Notes: generated by a model not told the origin, from the sequence alone. A DNA stretch of 64,000 nt from an uncultured Oscillospiraceae bacterium (GCA_964476505.1 CAYZAW010000003.1:2462-66461), one strand, 5' to 3'. Positions 20,044 through 29,597 are shown, numbered from the stretch's first letter. Translations and numbers: made by a program.

Positions 20044-21856
20044 AACGTTCTCCAAAACAGCCGTTGCAGCCCTTTCGGCAGTCCTTTGTTATATCGCCGC
20101 ACAGTGCTTTCTCATATTCGCTCTTAAAATAGGCTTCTGTTACCAGCATATCGATATGCGCCCAAGGCAGCAGCTCGTTCAGGCTCCGATCTCTGTACGC
20201 ATATTCGTCCACGGTGAGCCCCGCAGCCGCAAAGGCCTCCCGCCACGCCTCGGGTTTAAAATGCTCCGCCCAAGAATCGAACCGGCAGCCGCGTTGGTAG
20301 GCCTCCAACAGCACCTTGGAAAGCCGCCTGTCTCCCCTAGAAAATGCTGCCTCCAGCATGCTGGTTTCTGATGCATGGTAATGATACTCCGCCCCACGGA
20401 TGCCCTTCATAGCGTCTTTAATGAGCCGCTGCTTTCTCTGCAGCTCTGCCATGGTATCCTGCGGCGCCCACTGAAACGGCGTATGCGGCTTTGGTACAAA
20501 GGAGGATACGGAAACCGTAAGCCGCAGGCCCTTGCCCCGTTCTTCCTTGGGGATTTGATAATACGCGCGGCTCACCTTGCGGGCAAGCTCTGCAATGCCC
20601 AGCACGTCTTCATCCGTTTCCGTTGGCAGGCCGATCATAAAATACAGCTTGATGCCGTTCCAACCGGAGCGGAATGCGTCCCCGGCCACCCGAAGCAGGT
20701 CTTCCTCGGTCACGCCCTTGTTGATCACATCCCGCAAGCGCTGGGTGCCTGCCTCCGGTGCAAAGGTCAATCCGGCTTTTCTGACCGACTGCATCCGTTC
20801 CAGATCGCTTTTCAGTACGCTGTCGATGCGCAACGACGGCAGCGATAAGGATACCCGCTCGCCCTCCGTCATATCCAACAGCTCCGTTACCAACTCATGG
20901 ATACAGGAGTAATCGCTGGAGCTAAGGGAAAACAGGGAGATCTCGTCATATCCTGTGCATGCCAGCAGTTCCTTAGCCTGCAGCAGCAGCGTTTCCTTGC
21001 TTTTTTCCCGTACAGGCCGGTAAATAAACCCAGCTTGGCAAAACCGGCAGCCGCGGGTGCAGCCCCGAAACAGCTCTATTGCCACACGGTCGTGCACGAT
21101 ATCCATATAGGGCACGATGGGCTTGCCTAAATACGCCGCATGCTCCAAGTCCTTCACAACGCGCTTTTGCACGCGCGCCGGCGCACGCTCGTCCAGCTTA
21201 ATAAGCCCGGTAAACAGACCGTCCTCGCCGTAGGTAGCCTCATACAGGGACGGAATGTATATCCCGTTGATCTTTGACAGGTCAACAAGCGTTTCCTGCT
21301 TGCTTTTTCCCGCCTGTTTGGCGGCGCGGTATACGCTTACAAGCTCCAGTACTATTTCCTCGCCGTCGCCAATCATCACCGCGTCCATAAAGTCCGCAAC
21401 AGGCTCCGGGTTACAGGCACAAGGCCCGCCGCATACGATCAGCGGCGCGTCCTCGCCCCGCTCCTTCGACAGCGCCGGAATGCCGGAAAGCTCCAGCATG
21501 GTCAGGATGTTGGTATAGCACATTTCGTACAGCAGGGAAAACCCAACGATATTAAATTCCTTTATTGGGCGCTTGGTTTCCAGAGAATATAAGGGCAGGT
21601 TTTCCTTACGCATCGCCTGCTCCATATCCGTCCAAGGCGCGTAGGCGCGCTCACAGGCAATACCCTCCTCGGCATTCAGCACATGGTACAGAATGCGGGA
21701 ACCCAAATGAGACATGCCGATCTCATACACGTCCGGAAAGCAAAGGGCAAAGCGAAATGCCGCCGCAGGCTTTACGATGCTGTTCCATTCGCCTCCGGTA
21801 TATCTTCCCGGCTTTTCCACCGAGGTAAGAATGCGGTTTGTATCTAATTCGTTCAA
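20018..21856 (-). CDS. TIGR03960-type B12-binding-domain radical SAM protein
   Basis: 612 aa. Radical SAM CTRGCRFC motif. The N-terminal half resembles a B12-binding-like domain. Conserved partner of the DUF2344 gene and rng. Confidence 0.8.
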   Translation of the reverse strand: MNELDTNRILTSVEKPGRYTGGEWNSIVKPAAAFRFALCFPDVYEIGMSHLGSRILYHVLNAEEGIACERAYAPWTDMEQAMRKENLPLYSLETKRPIKEFNIVGFSLLYEMCYTNILTMLELSGIPALSKERGEDAPLIVCGGPCACNPEPVADFMDAVMIGDGEEIVLELVSVYRAAKQAGKSKQETLVDLSKINGIYIPSLYEATYGEDGLFTGLIKLDERAPARVQKRVVKDLEHAAYLGKPIVPYMDIVHDRVAIELFRGCTRGCRFCQAGFIYRPVREKSKETLLLQAKELLACTGYDEISLFSLSSSDYSCIHELVTELLDMTEGERVSLSLPSLRIDSVLKSDLERMQSVRKAGLTFAPEAGTQRLRDVINKGVTEEDLLRVAGDAFRSGWNGIKLYFMIGLPTETDEDVLGIAELARKVSRAYYQIPKEERGKGLRLTVSVSSFVPKPHTPFQWAPQDTMAELQRKQRLIKDAMKGIRGAEYHYHASETSMLEAAFSRGDRRLSKVLLEAYQRGCRFDSWAEHFKPEAWREAFAAAGLTVDEYAYRDRSLNELLPWAHIDMLVTEAYFKSEYEKALCGDITKDCRKGCNGCFGERYADFCKLS

Positions 21857-21919
21857 AGGCTTCCTCCAATAGTATTCCTCATGATGCTTTAGTATTGTAT
21901 CACCAACGCAGACGAGGGG

Positions 21920-22804
21920 TCAACGTGAAAAGGCGTTTTGCAGCAGCTCCTCCAATGTAACGTTGCTGCCGTATTTGGTAATACCGGAAATAAGCTCCTT
22001 TTCACTGAGCTCGCCCGCCGGCTCCTTCCCCTGCCGCAGTACACGAATCAGCGTATAGCGGTTTTCCGGAATCAGCGGCAGCACATCTCCCGCACGCACG
22101 CTTCCTAACATCACGCAATGGTGGATGGGCACCTGTTCGCCCCGGTCGATGGCATCCTGCCGTTTCAGCATGCCGTGCAGGCGATGCTCCGGCAGCATCC
22201 GAAGCTCCCGCACCGCCGACAGCAGCAAAAACAGCCCAAACAACAACAGCGATATGTTATAGACCCCAGCATGCAGCAGCCACACGCCAACGCTTGACAA
22301 AAGTGCGCCAAATAAAACACCCGACCACGCAATTACCCGGCCAACACGGCTGCCGCGCTTTCTTTTTTCCAGCAGAGCGCGTAGCATTTTACCGCCGTCC
22401 AGCGGCAGCGCGGGCAAAAGATTGATAGCCGCCAGCGCCATATTGATTTGAAAAAAGCCGGACAGGTATGCGCCTGTTGCCGGAAACACCCGCATGGCAG
22501 CTGACAGCGCCGCCGCGGTCACAAAGCTGCAAACCGGCCCTGCAAGCGCAATGGTGAATTCCGCAGTGGGAGAAACATCCTGCTGCACCATTTTGGCAAC
22601 GCCCCCAAAGGGCAGCAGCTCTACGCACGCGATTTGGTAGCCCAAGGCTTTTGCGGTGACCGCATGGCAGCCTTCATGCAGCACGACCGCCAGCGTCGCT
22701 TCTAAAAAGCGATCCTGCCAGCCGGTCAAAAACGCAAGCACCAGCACCGGCAGCACCAGCAGATGCACCCGTACCTGCGTTTGGCCAAGCGTACACAGCT
22801 TCAT
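21920..22804 (-). CDS. spoIVFB: M50 site-2 protease, SpoIVFB-like
   Basis: 294 aa. HEGCH (HExxH) in a TM segment and NLLPALPLDGG (NxxPxxxLDG). Preceded by a LytM-domain gene, as in the spoIVF operon. Confidence 0.8.
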   Translation of the reverse strand: MKLCTLGQTQVRVHLLVLPVLVLAFLTGWQDRFLEATLAVVLHEGCHAVTAKALGYQIACVELLPFGGVAKMVQQDVSPTAEFTIALAGPVCSFVTAAALSAAMRVFPATGAYLSGFFQINMALAAINLLPALPLDGGKMLRALLEKRKRGSRVGRVIAWSGVLFGALLSSVGVWLLHAGVYNISLLLFGLFLLLSAVRELRMLPEHRLHGMLKRQDAIDRGEQVPIHHCVMLGSVRAGDVLPLIPENRYTLIRVLRQGKEPAGELSEKELISGITKYGSNVTLEELLQNAFSR

Positions 22805-22805
22805 A

Positions 22806-23471
22806 TCAGTTTAGGTCGAAGTACGCCGCAGCAGACACCGGCCTGCCTGATTCCAGAACGCTTAGGCACAGCACACCGCTTTCCGTCAGCGTTCCAAGAG
22901 TATCCTGCGCTCGCACCGGCTGCCCCACCTCCACTTGGATGCTTTCAAAGCCGTAATACACCGTTTCTAAGCCGTCCGCATGCGCGATACGCACATACTC
23001 TCCAAAGCTTGCGTCGCTGCCAACGCCTCGCACCTCTCCCGCCGCCGCCGCCATGACCTCCGTGTTTGCGCCGCTGTTCCATACCGTCATGCTATCGCCC
23101 GTTTCCACCAACGCAGTTTCCTGCTCCACCGGCGGCGACAGCTTTTCCTTGGACGGAGAAAATACCGAGATCGCCCCCGGCAGCTCCACGAATTGCAGCT
23201 TACCCAGGGTTTCGTCCGTTTGCATTTCCGCTTCCAAAACAGCCCGTGCGGAATCGCTAAGGCCGTTTTCTGGGTCGCCAAACACATTGAGCGCCAGCAC
23301 CAAAAGCCCCGCCATGGCGCACAGGCCGATTTTTGCCAGTACCGACCCGGCGTGTATATCCTGCGGGGTTCTTCTGCGGCGGGCACGGCGGCTCCGCCCT
23401 GTGCGCCGCGTTGGTCTCTTGGCATACGGCTCCTGTACGGTAAAGGCATGCAGCGTGATATTTTGGCGCAT
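22806..23471 (-). CDS. M23/LytM-domain membrane protein (SpoIVFA-like position)
   Basis: 221 aa. One TM segment and a C-terminal LytM-like region (FGEYVRIAHADGLETVYYGF...GQPVRAQDTLGTL). Stop and start are arranged TGA-T-ATG with spoIVFB. Confidence 0.7.
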   Translation of the reverse strand: MRQNITLHAFTVQEPYAKRPTRRTGRSRRARRRRTPQDIHAGSVLAKIGLCAMAGLLVLALNVFGDPENGLSDSARAVLEAEMQTDETLGKLQFVELPGAISVFSPSKEKLSPPVEQETALVETGDSMTVWNSGANTEVMAAAAGEVRGVGSDASFGEYVRIAHADGLETVYYGFESIQVEVGQPVRAQDTLGTLTESGVLCLSVLESGRPVSAAAYFDLN

Positions 23472-23537
23472 AAAAATCGTCCCCTTGCATTGTTGATACA
23501 GTCTATGCAGGAGGACGAAGGATTACACTTTAGAATG

Positions 23538-24704
23538 CTATATTTGCCGCCGCTGATTTCGCCTGAACCACACGTTTAAAACCAACCCCACCGCCATCAT
23601 ATTGGCTAGAAGATTAGAGCCCCCGTAGCTGATAAAGGGCAGCGGAATGCCCGTTACCGGCATCAGGCCGATGGTCATGCCGATATTTTCAAAAACATGC
23701 GCGAGCAGCATTCCCATAGCGCCGATGGCGATACAGGTGCCCATATGATCCTTGGAGCGAAGCGCCACCCACAGCCAGCGGAACAGCAGTAAAAAGAACA
23801 CCGCGATCAGTATCACGCCGCCAACGAAGCCTATGCCCTCCGCTATGCTGGAGAACACAAAGTCCGTATGGCGCTCCGGCACATATTTTAATTGCGCCAG
23901 CGTGCCCTCCGTAAAATAACCCTTTCCGGTCATCTGCCCGGAGCCGATTGCCTCCTTGCTGCGAAGCACATGCATGCCCGCGCCGGTTGGGTCAAGCGTT
24001 GGGTCAAGAAATACGTCGATGCGCCCTTTTTGCGAGTCGCTCAAAATATAGTAATAGCTTAACGGCGCGATAGCCGCCAAGGCCACCAGCGCCGAAATGA
24101 TGTATTTCCAGCTGATCTTAGAGATAAACAGGATGCAAACAAATATGGCGAGGAACACCACCGCCGTACCAAAGTCCGGCTGCAATACCACAAGGCCAAA
24201 GGGAATGGCAAAGCAGCCCACGGCAAGCAGAATGTCCTTGGGCGCTTTGATCGAACCGTCTCGCTCATAAGCGTCGGAACAGATTTTAGAAAGGGAGAGT
24301 ATCAGCGTGATCTTGCAGATCTCCGAGGGCTGAAACGCCCTTGTGCCGATGTTGAACCAGCCAAGTACGCCGCGCGTGCTGCCCGCCGCAACCAATAATA
24401 TGCCCAGAAGAATGATGTTGCCAACATAGATCCATTTGATCACCAGCGAGAACATGTTGTAATCCACAGCCAGCATCACAAGGCATGCGGCTATGCCCAC
24501 CATAAAATTGACGGCCTGTTTTTGCACATATTCCAGATTCAGCTTTTCCATGATACCTGAAATGCCGCTTTCCGAGCCGGTAAAGGGGTCTGCCCACACA
24601 TTTGCGATCGTGACCAAGCCAAAAGAGAACAGCCCCAGAACGAGGATGATCGTGATCCAATCGATATTCTGCGCCTTGGCGCGTGTGGAACGCTCGTTTT
24701 TCAA
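23538..24704 (-). CDS. rodA: FtsW/RodA/SpoVE family peptidoglycan glycosyltransferase (RodA-like)
   Basis: 388 aa and polytopic. QPSEICK and LPFISYGGSNLL motifs. Confidence 0.88.
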   Translation of the reverse strand: MKNERSTRAKAQNIDWITIILVLGLFSFGLVTIANVWADPFTGSESGISGIMEKLNLEYVQKQAVNFMVGIAACLVMLAVDYNMFSLVIKWIYVGNIILLGILLVAAGSTRGVLGWFNIGTRAFQPSEICKITLILSLSKICSDAYERDGSIKAPKDILLAVGCFAIPFGLVVLQPDFGTAVVFLAIFVCILFISKISWKYIISALVALAAIAPLSYYYILSDSQKGRIDVFLDPTLDPTGAGMHVLRSKEAIGSGQMTGKGYFTEGTLAQLKYVPERHTDFVFSSIAEGIGFVGGVILIAVFFLLLFRWLWVALRSKDHMGTCIAIGAMGMLLAHVFENIGMTIGLMPVTGIPLPFISYGGSNLLANMMAVGLVLNVWFRRNQRRQI

Positions 24705-25894
24705 GTTGTCTCCTGCGGCTGTGCCGGGGGTGTAAGAGAGAACCAGTCCTGCACCTGCTGATAGATCAGGCGGTATTTATCCAGCGTGTCCATCCGAACG
24801 ATGGGCATATTCAGCTTGGTAGTTTCCGGCACCGTTTCTCCGTTTAAAATTCGATCCAGCAGCATCAGTGCCTGTGCGCCCGCCTCGTAATAGGGCTCCT
24901 CTACGAATGCGTATATATCGTTTTCCTCCATGAGCGCGATGTTTTCATCGGAAATACCCACGCCTGCCACGGAAATGGTGATGGATTTGATTAACCCCGC
25001 CGGAACGGGCGTAGCGCCGGGAACAGCGTTGATCGGCGTGGCGGGAGCAGGCGTGGGCGTGGCTTTGGGGTTGGGCGTTGCCAGCTCCGGCGCACCGTTG
25101 GCTTTATACTCCCGCTGGGCCTTCACGCGCGCCTTTACGGCAATCGCTGCGCCGTCTTCATCGGTGCAAAACAAGCCCTTGATATCTCTGTTCCAAAGGA
25201 TATGATTGGCAAGCTCGTCCACGGCGGCCTCCGGCAAAACCGCCGTTCTTACAAAGTAATCCACATGATACTGCGGATAGTAGCTGTTGATGGCGGTAAC
25301 AAACGCCTGATAGCAGGCTGTGGGCTGTTTGCCGTATACGAGTATTTTCCCTGCCTTGCATTCCCGCTCTACCATGCGCTCCGCAACACCGCGGGCAACC
25401 TCCTCGGTGTAACCGATGAGGTCTGTTACCACGCTGGCGTTTGCAGCCTCGTTTTGTGTGCCGTAGTAGGGAAGTACCGTTGGAAGCCCCAGCTCCTTGG
25501 CACGGGTGATAGCGGCCGTGTTTTTATCCTCGGGATTCCAGATCAACAGCCCGGCACAGCCGTCCGTTTTTGCCTGCTGCACCGCTTCTTCCGCCTTTGC
25601 GCCAAAAGCAGCGCGATAGATCTTTGCGGGGTAGCCAAGGTTCTCCGCCGTTTTTAAAAAGCCGTGCATCACCGTATACTGCGCCATGGAACCGTCATCC
25701 GGTATCACAAAGCCCACCAGCGTGGATGAAACACTGCGATCTACAATTGGCATAGGCGTTTGCACGGGTTCGGCTTCGGGAGTCTCCTGCACCGCCTGTT
25801 CCCCCACGGGCGCGGCGCAGCCAAACACAGCCGCCATAATGCAGAAAACCAGCAGCAGCCATACCAGTGTTTTTTTACCGTTACGGAATGTCAT
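24701..25894 (-). CDS. lipoprotein with a type-I periplasmic sugar-binding-protein-like fold
   Basis: Track start is 25936. The ATG at 25894 has GGGAGGA 5 nt upstream and gives MTFRNGKKTLVWLLLVFCIMAAVFGC (signal peptide plus lipobox). The body resembles LacI/ribose-BP-type binding proteins. There is an internal Pro/Thr-rich segment. ATGA overlap with rodA. Confidence 0.6.
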   Translation of the reverse strand: MTFRNGKKTLVWLLLVFCIMAAVFGCAAPVGEQAVQETPEAEPVQTPMPIVDRSVSSTLVGFVIPDDGSMAQYTVMHGFLKTAENLGYPAKIYRAAFGAKAEEAVQQAKTDGCAGLLIWNPEDKNTAAITRAKELGLPTVLPYYGTQNEAANASVVTDLIGYTEEVARGVAERMVERECKAGKILVYGKQPTACYQAFVTAINSYYPQYHVDYFVRTAVLPEAAVDELANHILWNRDIKGLFCTDEDGAAIAVKARVKAQREYKANGAPELATPNPKATPTPAPATPINAVPGATPVPAGLIKSITISVAGVGISDENIALMEENDIYAFVEEPYYEAGAQALMLLDRILNGETVPETTKLNMPIVRMDTLDKYRLIYQQVQDWFSLTPPAQPQETT

Positions 25895-26032
25895 TGCAAT
25901 CCTCCCATATGGGCACAACGTCCCACACGAATCCAATACATTTTACCGCAAAGCGCCCAATCTGTCACCCCGCCAGCTTTGAAATTCACAGCCAAGTCAA
26001 AATAAAACCTGTATTCATCTGTATTTCCCCAC

Positions 26033-26058
26033 AAAAAAAGGCGGATCGCTCCGCCTTT
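26033..26058 (-). terminator. intrinsic terminator after pgi
   Basis: Minus-strand RNA reads GGCGGA-gcga-UCCGCC followed by UUUUUUUG. Confidence 0.8.
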
Positions 26059-26069
26059 ATCCGTATCGT

Positions 26070-27494
26070 TTATATGATGTATTGGGGCTTCTTCTCCGGA
26101 CGCGCGTCCAACTCCGCTTTCTTCTCCGCAAAGCCGGGCTTGCCCAATAACGCATAGGTGGCGTTTTTGCCCTCCTCCACGCCGGGCTGGTCGAAGGCAT
26201 TGATATCCAAGAGTTCGCCAGCAAACGCGGTTTCCACCTCCAGAAGATATAAGAGCTCGCCCACCGTGAAGGCGTTCACCTCGGGAAGGGTGATGCTGTT
26301 AGACATATGACCGCTCTTTTGCACGGCATACTCGGTAGCCATCTGCTCCGCGTGGATCAGCTCATTCAGGCTGTGCCCGCACAGGAAGGAAACGTCCGGG
26401 ATATCCGAAAAGCCCTGCGGAATCGCGATCTCGCTGCGGTAACGGTCTACGCCAAGGAAGGTGATGACCTTGTCAAAGGGGCCTTCCGTGTACAGCTGTA
26501 CTTGGCTGTGCTGATCCGTCACGCCAAGCGCCTTTACGGGCGTTTGCCCGGCATTGATCACCTTACCGGCGTTATCAAAGCGCTTGCCTAAGGACTCCGC
26601 CCAAAGCTGTGCATACCAGTCTGCCATATACTTGAGCGAATCCGCATAGGGCATCAGCACGGAAATGTTGCAGCCCTTCTGCATGGCGATGTATTGCAAC
26701 GTTGCCAGCATGTATGCCGGGTTCTTCCAAACATCCGCCGTTTTCACCTGCGCGTCCATATACGCCGCGCCCGCCAAGAGCCCGCGAATATCTATTCCGC
26801 AAACCGCCGCCGCCACAAGGCCAACGGGGCACAGCTCGGAAAACCTGCCGCCAACGCCGTCCGGCACATAGAAGGTGGTAAGCCCAAGCTGCTTGGCGAT
26901 CTTGATCAAATTGCCCTTTTTCTCGTCCGTGGTGGCGATCAGGTGCTTTTTCAGATTCTCTTCCCCTACCGCCTTACGCAACAGGTCGGTCACGATCAAC
27001 AGCTGCGACATGGTTTCGCTGGTGCCGCCGGACTTGGTGACCACGTTGAACACGGTCTTTTTCACGTCGATCACGTCTAAAAGCGCCGCCATGCGTTCCG
27101 GGTCTACATTGTCCTCCACGAACAGGCGCGGGCCACCCCGCCGCTCCCGGGGCAGGTCGTTATAATGCAGATGGTTCAGCGCCTGCTGTACGGCGATGGG
27201 ACCAAGGGCGCTGCCGCCAATGCCCAGTACCACAAAATTCTCCGCAAAGGCCGCCTCTTTCGCTGCCTTTTCAATGGCGGACACAATCGCTTCGTCCATA
27301 TACGGAAGCTCACGCCATTTCATGTTGCAGCGCTTGTCCTCCACCGCTTTTGCAGCGGCTGCAAGGCGCGGCGCTAAGGCTTCGATCTCCGACGCGGTAA
27401 TGCCATGCGCACCCATCGTATCGAACATCATGTTATTGAAGTCCACGCGAAGCCGCATGCTCTCCTGCCAAGCCTTGTTCTCATAGTTTTTCAT
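26070..27494 (-). CDS. pgi: glucose-6-phosphate isomerase
   Basis: 474 aa. GIGGSALGP and TKSGGTSET motifs. Confidence 0.93.
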   Translation of the reverse strand: MKNYENKAWQESMRLRVDFNNMMFDTMGAHGITASEIEALAPRLAAAAKAVEDKRCNMKWRELPYMDEAIVSAIEKAAKEAAFAENFVVLGIGGSALGPIAVQQALNHLHYNDLPRERRGGPRLFVEDNVDPERMAALLDVIDVKKTVFNVVTKSGGTSETMSQLLIVTDLLRKAVGEENLKKHLIATTDEKKGNLIKIAKQLGLTTFYVPDGVGGRFSELCPVGLVAAAVCGIDIRGLLAGAAYMDAQVKTADVWKNPAYMLATLQYIAMQKGCNISVLMPYADSLKYMADWYAQLWAESLGKRFDNAGKVINAGQTPVKALGVTDQHSQVQLYTEGPFDKVITFLGVDRYRSEIAIPQGFSDIPDVSFLCGHSLNELIHAEQMATEYAVQKSGHMSNSITLPEVNAFTVGELLYLLEVETAFAGELLDINAFDQPGVEEGKNATYALLGKPGFAEKKAELDARPEKKPQYII

Positions 27495-27539
27495 TCTATA
27501 CGTTCCTCCTTCGTGTATCTGTAAAGCCGTGGCTTTGGT

Positions 27540-28343
27540 TTATTGAAACACCTGTTTTAAACGGCGGTAGCTATTCGTAAATGCGTCCATATCACCGTAC
27601 AGGTCGCTGTACACCTCCACGAATGCCGGGCCGGTATAGCCCATATCGTCAAGCGCACGCTTTAGCGCCGCAAAGTTGCAGTTGCCTTCAAAGGGCAGTA
27701 AGGGAACGGCGCGGTCTTTTTCGATGCGGTAATCGCACAGATGTACGTTTGCCAGTTTATCGCCGATGGCGGCAAGGTAGCCGGGCCATTCCTGCCCGCT
27801 TCTAGCCGCCTGCTTTACATCCAGCGTAAAATACAACCAGTCGGTCTTGGCGGCATCTAAAATACGGGCGGCAAACGCAGGCTCTGAAAAGAGGCACCAG
27901 CTTACGTTTTCCCATGTAAGCGTTACGCCGTAGCTGTGCGCAAGCGCACACAGATCGCGGGTGATGGGGCCAATTCGCGTGAGCTCCAAATTTCTTGCGG
28001 CACCCCGTAAAAGTGCGCTGCCGTGAAACACATAGTACTTTGCGCCCAGCGTTTTTGCCCCTTGCAGCACCTTTTCGTACAGCGCCCACGCATCCTGCCG
28101 TTGGCGGGGGTGGATGGAAAACAACTGCGCCTCAAACTGCACGCCCATGGGATGAACGCTGTACGGCGTTAGCCCGCTTTCTTTTATTCGCCGGTCTACC
28201 AACGAGATAAACGCCGGTTCGTACTCCGAAAACGTATTTAAGAATACCTCACAAACGGACGCGCCACAAGCCTTGATTTGCGAAAAGCTGTCTTCCAGTG
28301 GGAAACGCGCAAACAAGCTTGCGGTAGATATCCCCAATTCCAT
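27540..28343 (-). CDS. sugar phosphate isomerase/epimerase (xylose isomerase-like TIM barrel)
   Basis: 267 aa. Overall pattern of the AP_endonuc_2/TIM-barrel family (YYVFHG, LTWEN, HLCDY). Substrate unknown. Confidence 0.65.
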   Translation of the reverse strand: MELGISTASLFARFPLEDSFSQIKACGASVCEVFLNTFSEYEPAFISLVDRRIKESGLTPYSVHPMGVQFEAQLFSIHPRQRQDAWALYEKVLQGAKTLGAKYYVFHGSALLRGAARNLELTRIGPITRDLCALAHSYGVTLTWENVSWCLFSEPAFAARILDAAKTDWLYFTLDVKQAARSGQEWPGYLAAIGDKLANVHLCDYRIEKDRAVPLLPFEGNCNFAALKRALDDMGYTGPAFVEVYSDLYGDMDAFTNSYRRLKQVFQ

Positions 28344-28426
28344 GCCTGCGTCCTCCCTTCATACTGCCATGCAGTATATCAAAAAAACCGATTTTGTGAA
28401 AGCCGTTTACGCGTATTTCTTCCTTG

Positions 28427-28435
28427 TGTTATACT
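28427..28435 (+). promoter_or_regulatory. extended -10 (TGt-TATACT) ending 7 nt before the DUF3810 ATG
   Basis: gTGtTATACTgtgcggtATG. A TTTACG -35-like hexamer lies 18 nt upstream. Confidence 0.4.
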
Positions 28436-28442
28436 GTGCGGT

Positions 28443-29597
28443 ATGGAACAACAGGATATGCAAAAACAAAAACAGAAAAAACGCCTGTCGCCCGAATGGC
28501 GGTTTGTATTGCTGCGCCTGCCGTGGCTGCTTTTGATACCGCTTGCCATGTGCTTGGCGCATGTTGCCTCCCGTAACCCGCAGTATATTGAGGATATCTA
28601 CGCAAAGAGCATTTATCCCGTGATAAATCAAATCGTGGGAACCATATTCTCCTTTGCGCCCTTTTCCGTTGTGGAGCTGGTGTTATACGGGTTGATCATC
28701 GGGCTTGCGCTGTTTGTGATCGTAAGCGTTGTTCGTATGATTACGGGCAGTATGCCGGTGCACCGGTTCGTAAACAAGCTGGTTTCTCTTGGCATTGCCT
28801 TTGGCGTACTGTTCAACCTGTTTTATTTTTCGTGGGGCTTCAATTATTTCCGCCCGTCCATTGCAAACGCCATGGAGCTAAACGTACACGAACGCAGCCA
28901 GCGGGAATTGGAAACGCTTTGCTATTCTCTGGCGGAGGCAGCAAACGATCTGCGGACGCAAGTAAACGAGGACAGCACAGGCGTATTTACGCTGCCCGCA
29001 GGCACGACCCTTGCGGACTGCTTCCAAAAGGCTGCCGATTCCTATACCGCGCTTGGAAAAGAGTATCCCATGTTTACCTACGCACCGGCAAAAGCAAAGT
29101 ATGTGCTGGCCTCGGAGGCCATGAGCTGGGCAGGCATTTCCGGCATCTTTGTGCCGTTTACGGCGGAATCCAACTTAAACGTGCATCAGCCGCTTTTAAT
29201 GATTCCCGTATCCGCCGCACACGAAAATGCGCATGCCTGCGGCATTGCCCCGGAAAATGAGGCAAATTTCGTGGGATTTCTCGCCTGTATGTACAGTTCC
29301 GACACGACCTTGCAGTACTCCGGCGTGATGCTGGCGCTCATCAACAGCGGCAACGCCCTGCACGACAGCGACGAGGCCGCCTATGACCGGCTGTTTGCCA
29401 CTTATTCGGAGGGCGTTGTGCGTGACATCAAGCATTACAACGCCTATTGGAAGGCTTACGAAGGCCCCGTGGAGGAGGCCATGACGGAAATGAACGACAA
29501 TTACCTGAAATACAACCGGCAGGAAAGCGGCGTAAAAAGCTACGGGGAAATGGTGGATTTGCTGCTGGCTTGGCTGGAAAAGGAAAGCGCCTCTTAA
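28443..29597 (+). CDS. DUF3810-like membrane-anchored putative zinc metallopeptidase
   Basis: The track ORF begins at 28278 and overlaps the divergent gene. The first plausible start is ATG 28443 (MEQQDMQKQKQKKR...). TM segments near the N-terminus and an HExxH motif (AHENAHACG). Confidence 0.6.
   Translation: MEQQDMQKQKQKKRLSPEWRFVLLRLPWLLLIPLAMCLAHVASRNPQYIEDIYAKSIYPVINQIVGTIFSFAPFSVVELVLYGLIIGLALFVIVSVVRMITGSMPVHRFVNKLVSLGIAFGVLFNLFYFSWGFNYFRPSIANAMELNVHERSQRELETLCYSLAEAANDLRTQVNEDSTGVFTLPAGTTLADCFQKAADSYTALGKEYPMFTYAPAKAKYVLASEAMSWAGISGIFVPFTAESNLNVHQPLLMIPVSAAHENAHACGIAPENEANFVGFLACMYSSDTTLQYSGVMLALINSGNALHDSDEAAYDRLFATYSEGVVRDIKHYNAYWKAYEGPVEEAMTEMNDNYLKYNRQESGVKSYGEMVDLLLAWLEKESAS

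Noticed and set aside
23472-23537. Sigma-E-type sporulation promoter upstream of the SpoIVFA-like gene (CATAGACT as a -10)
   Set aside because: It only partly resembles the CATACAnT consensus, and no convincing -35 lies at the correct spacing. The evidence is not strong enough to report.
28278-28442. N-terminal 55 codons of the track ORF for the DUF3810 gene
   Set aside because: This stretch overlaps the start and promoter region of the divergent isomerase gene. It has a Cys/Arg-rich, non-protein-like composition and contains the gene's own -35 and -10 boxes.
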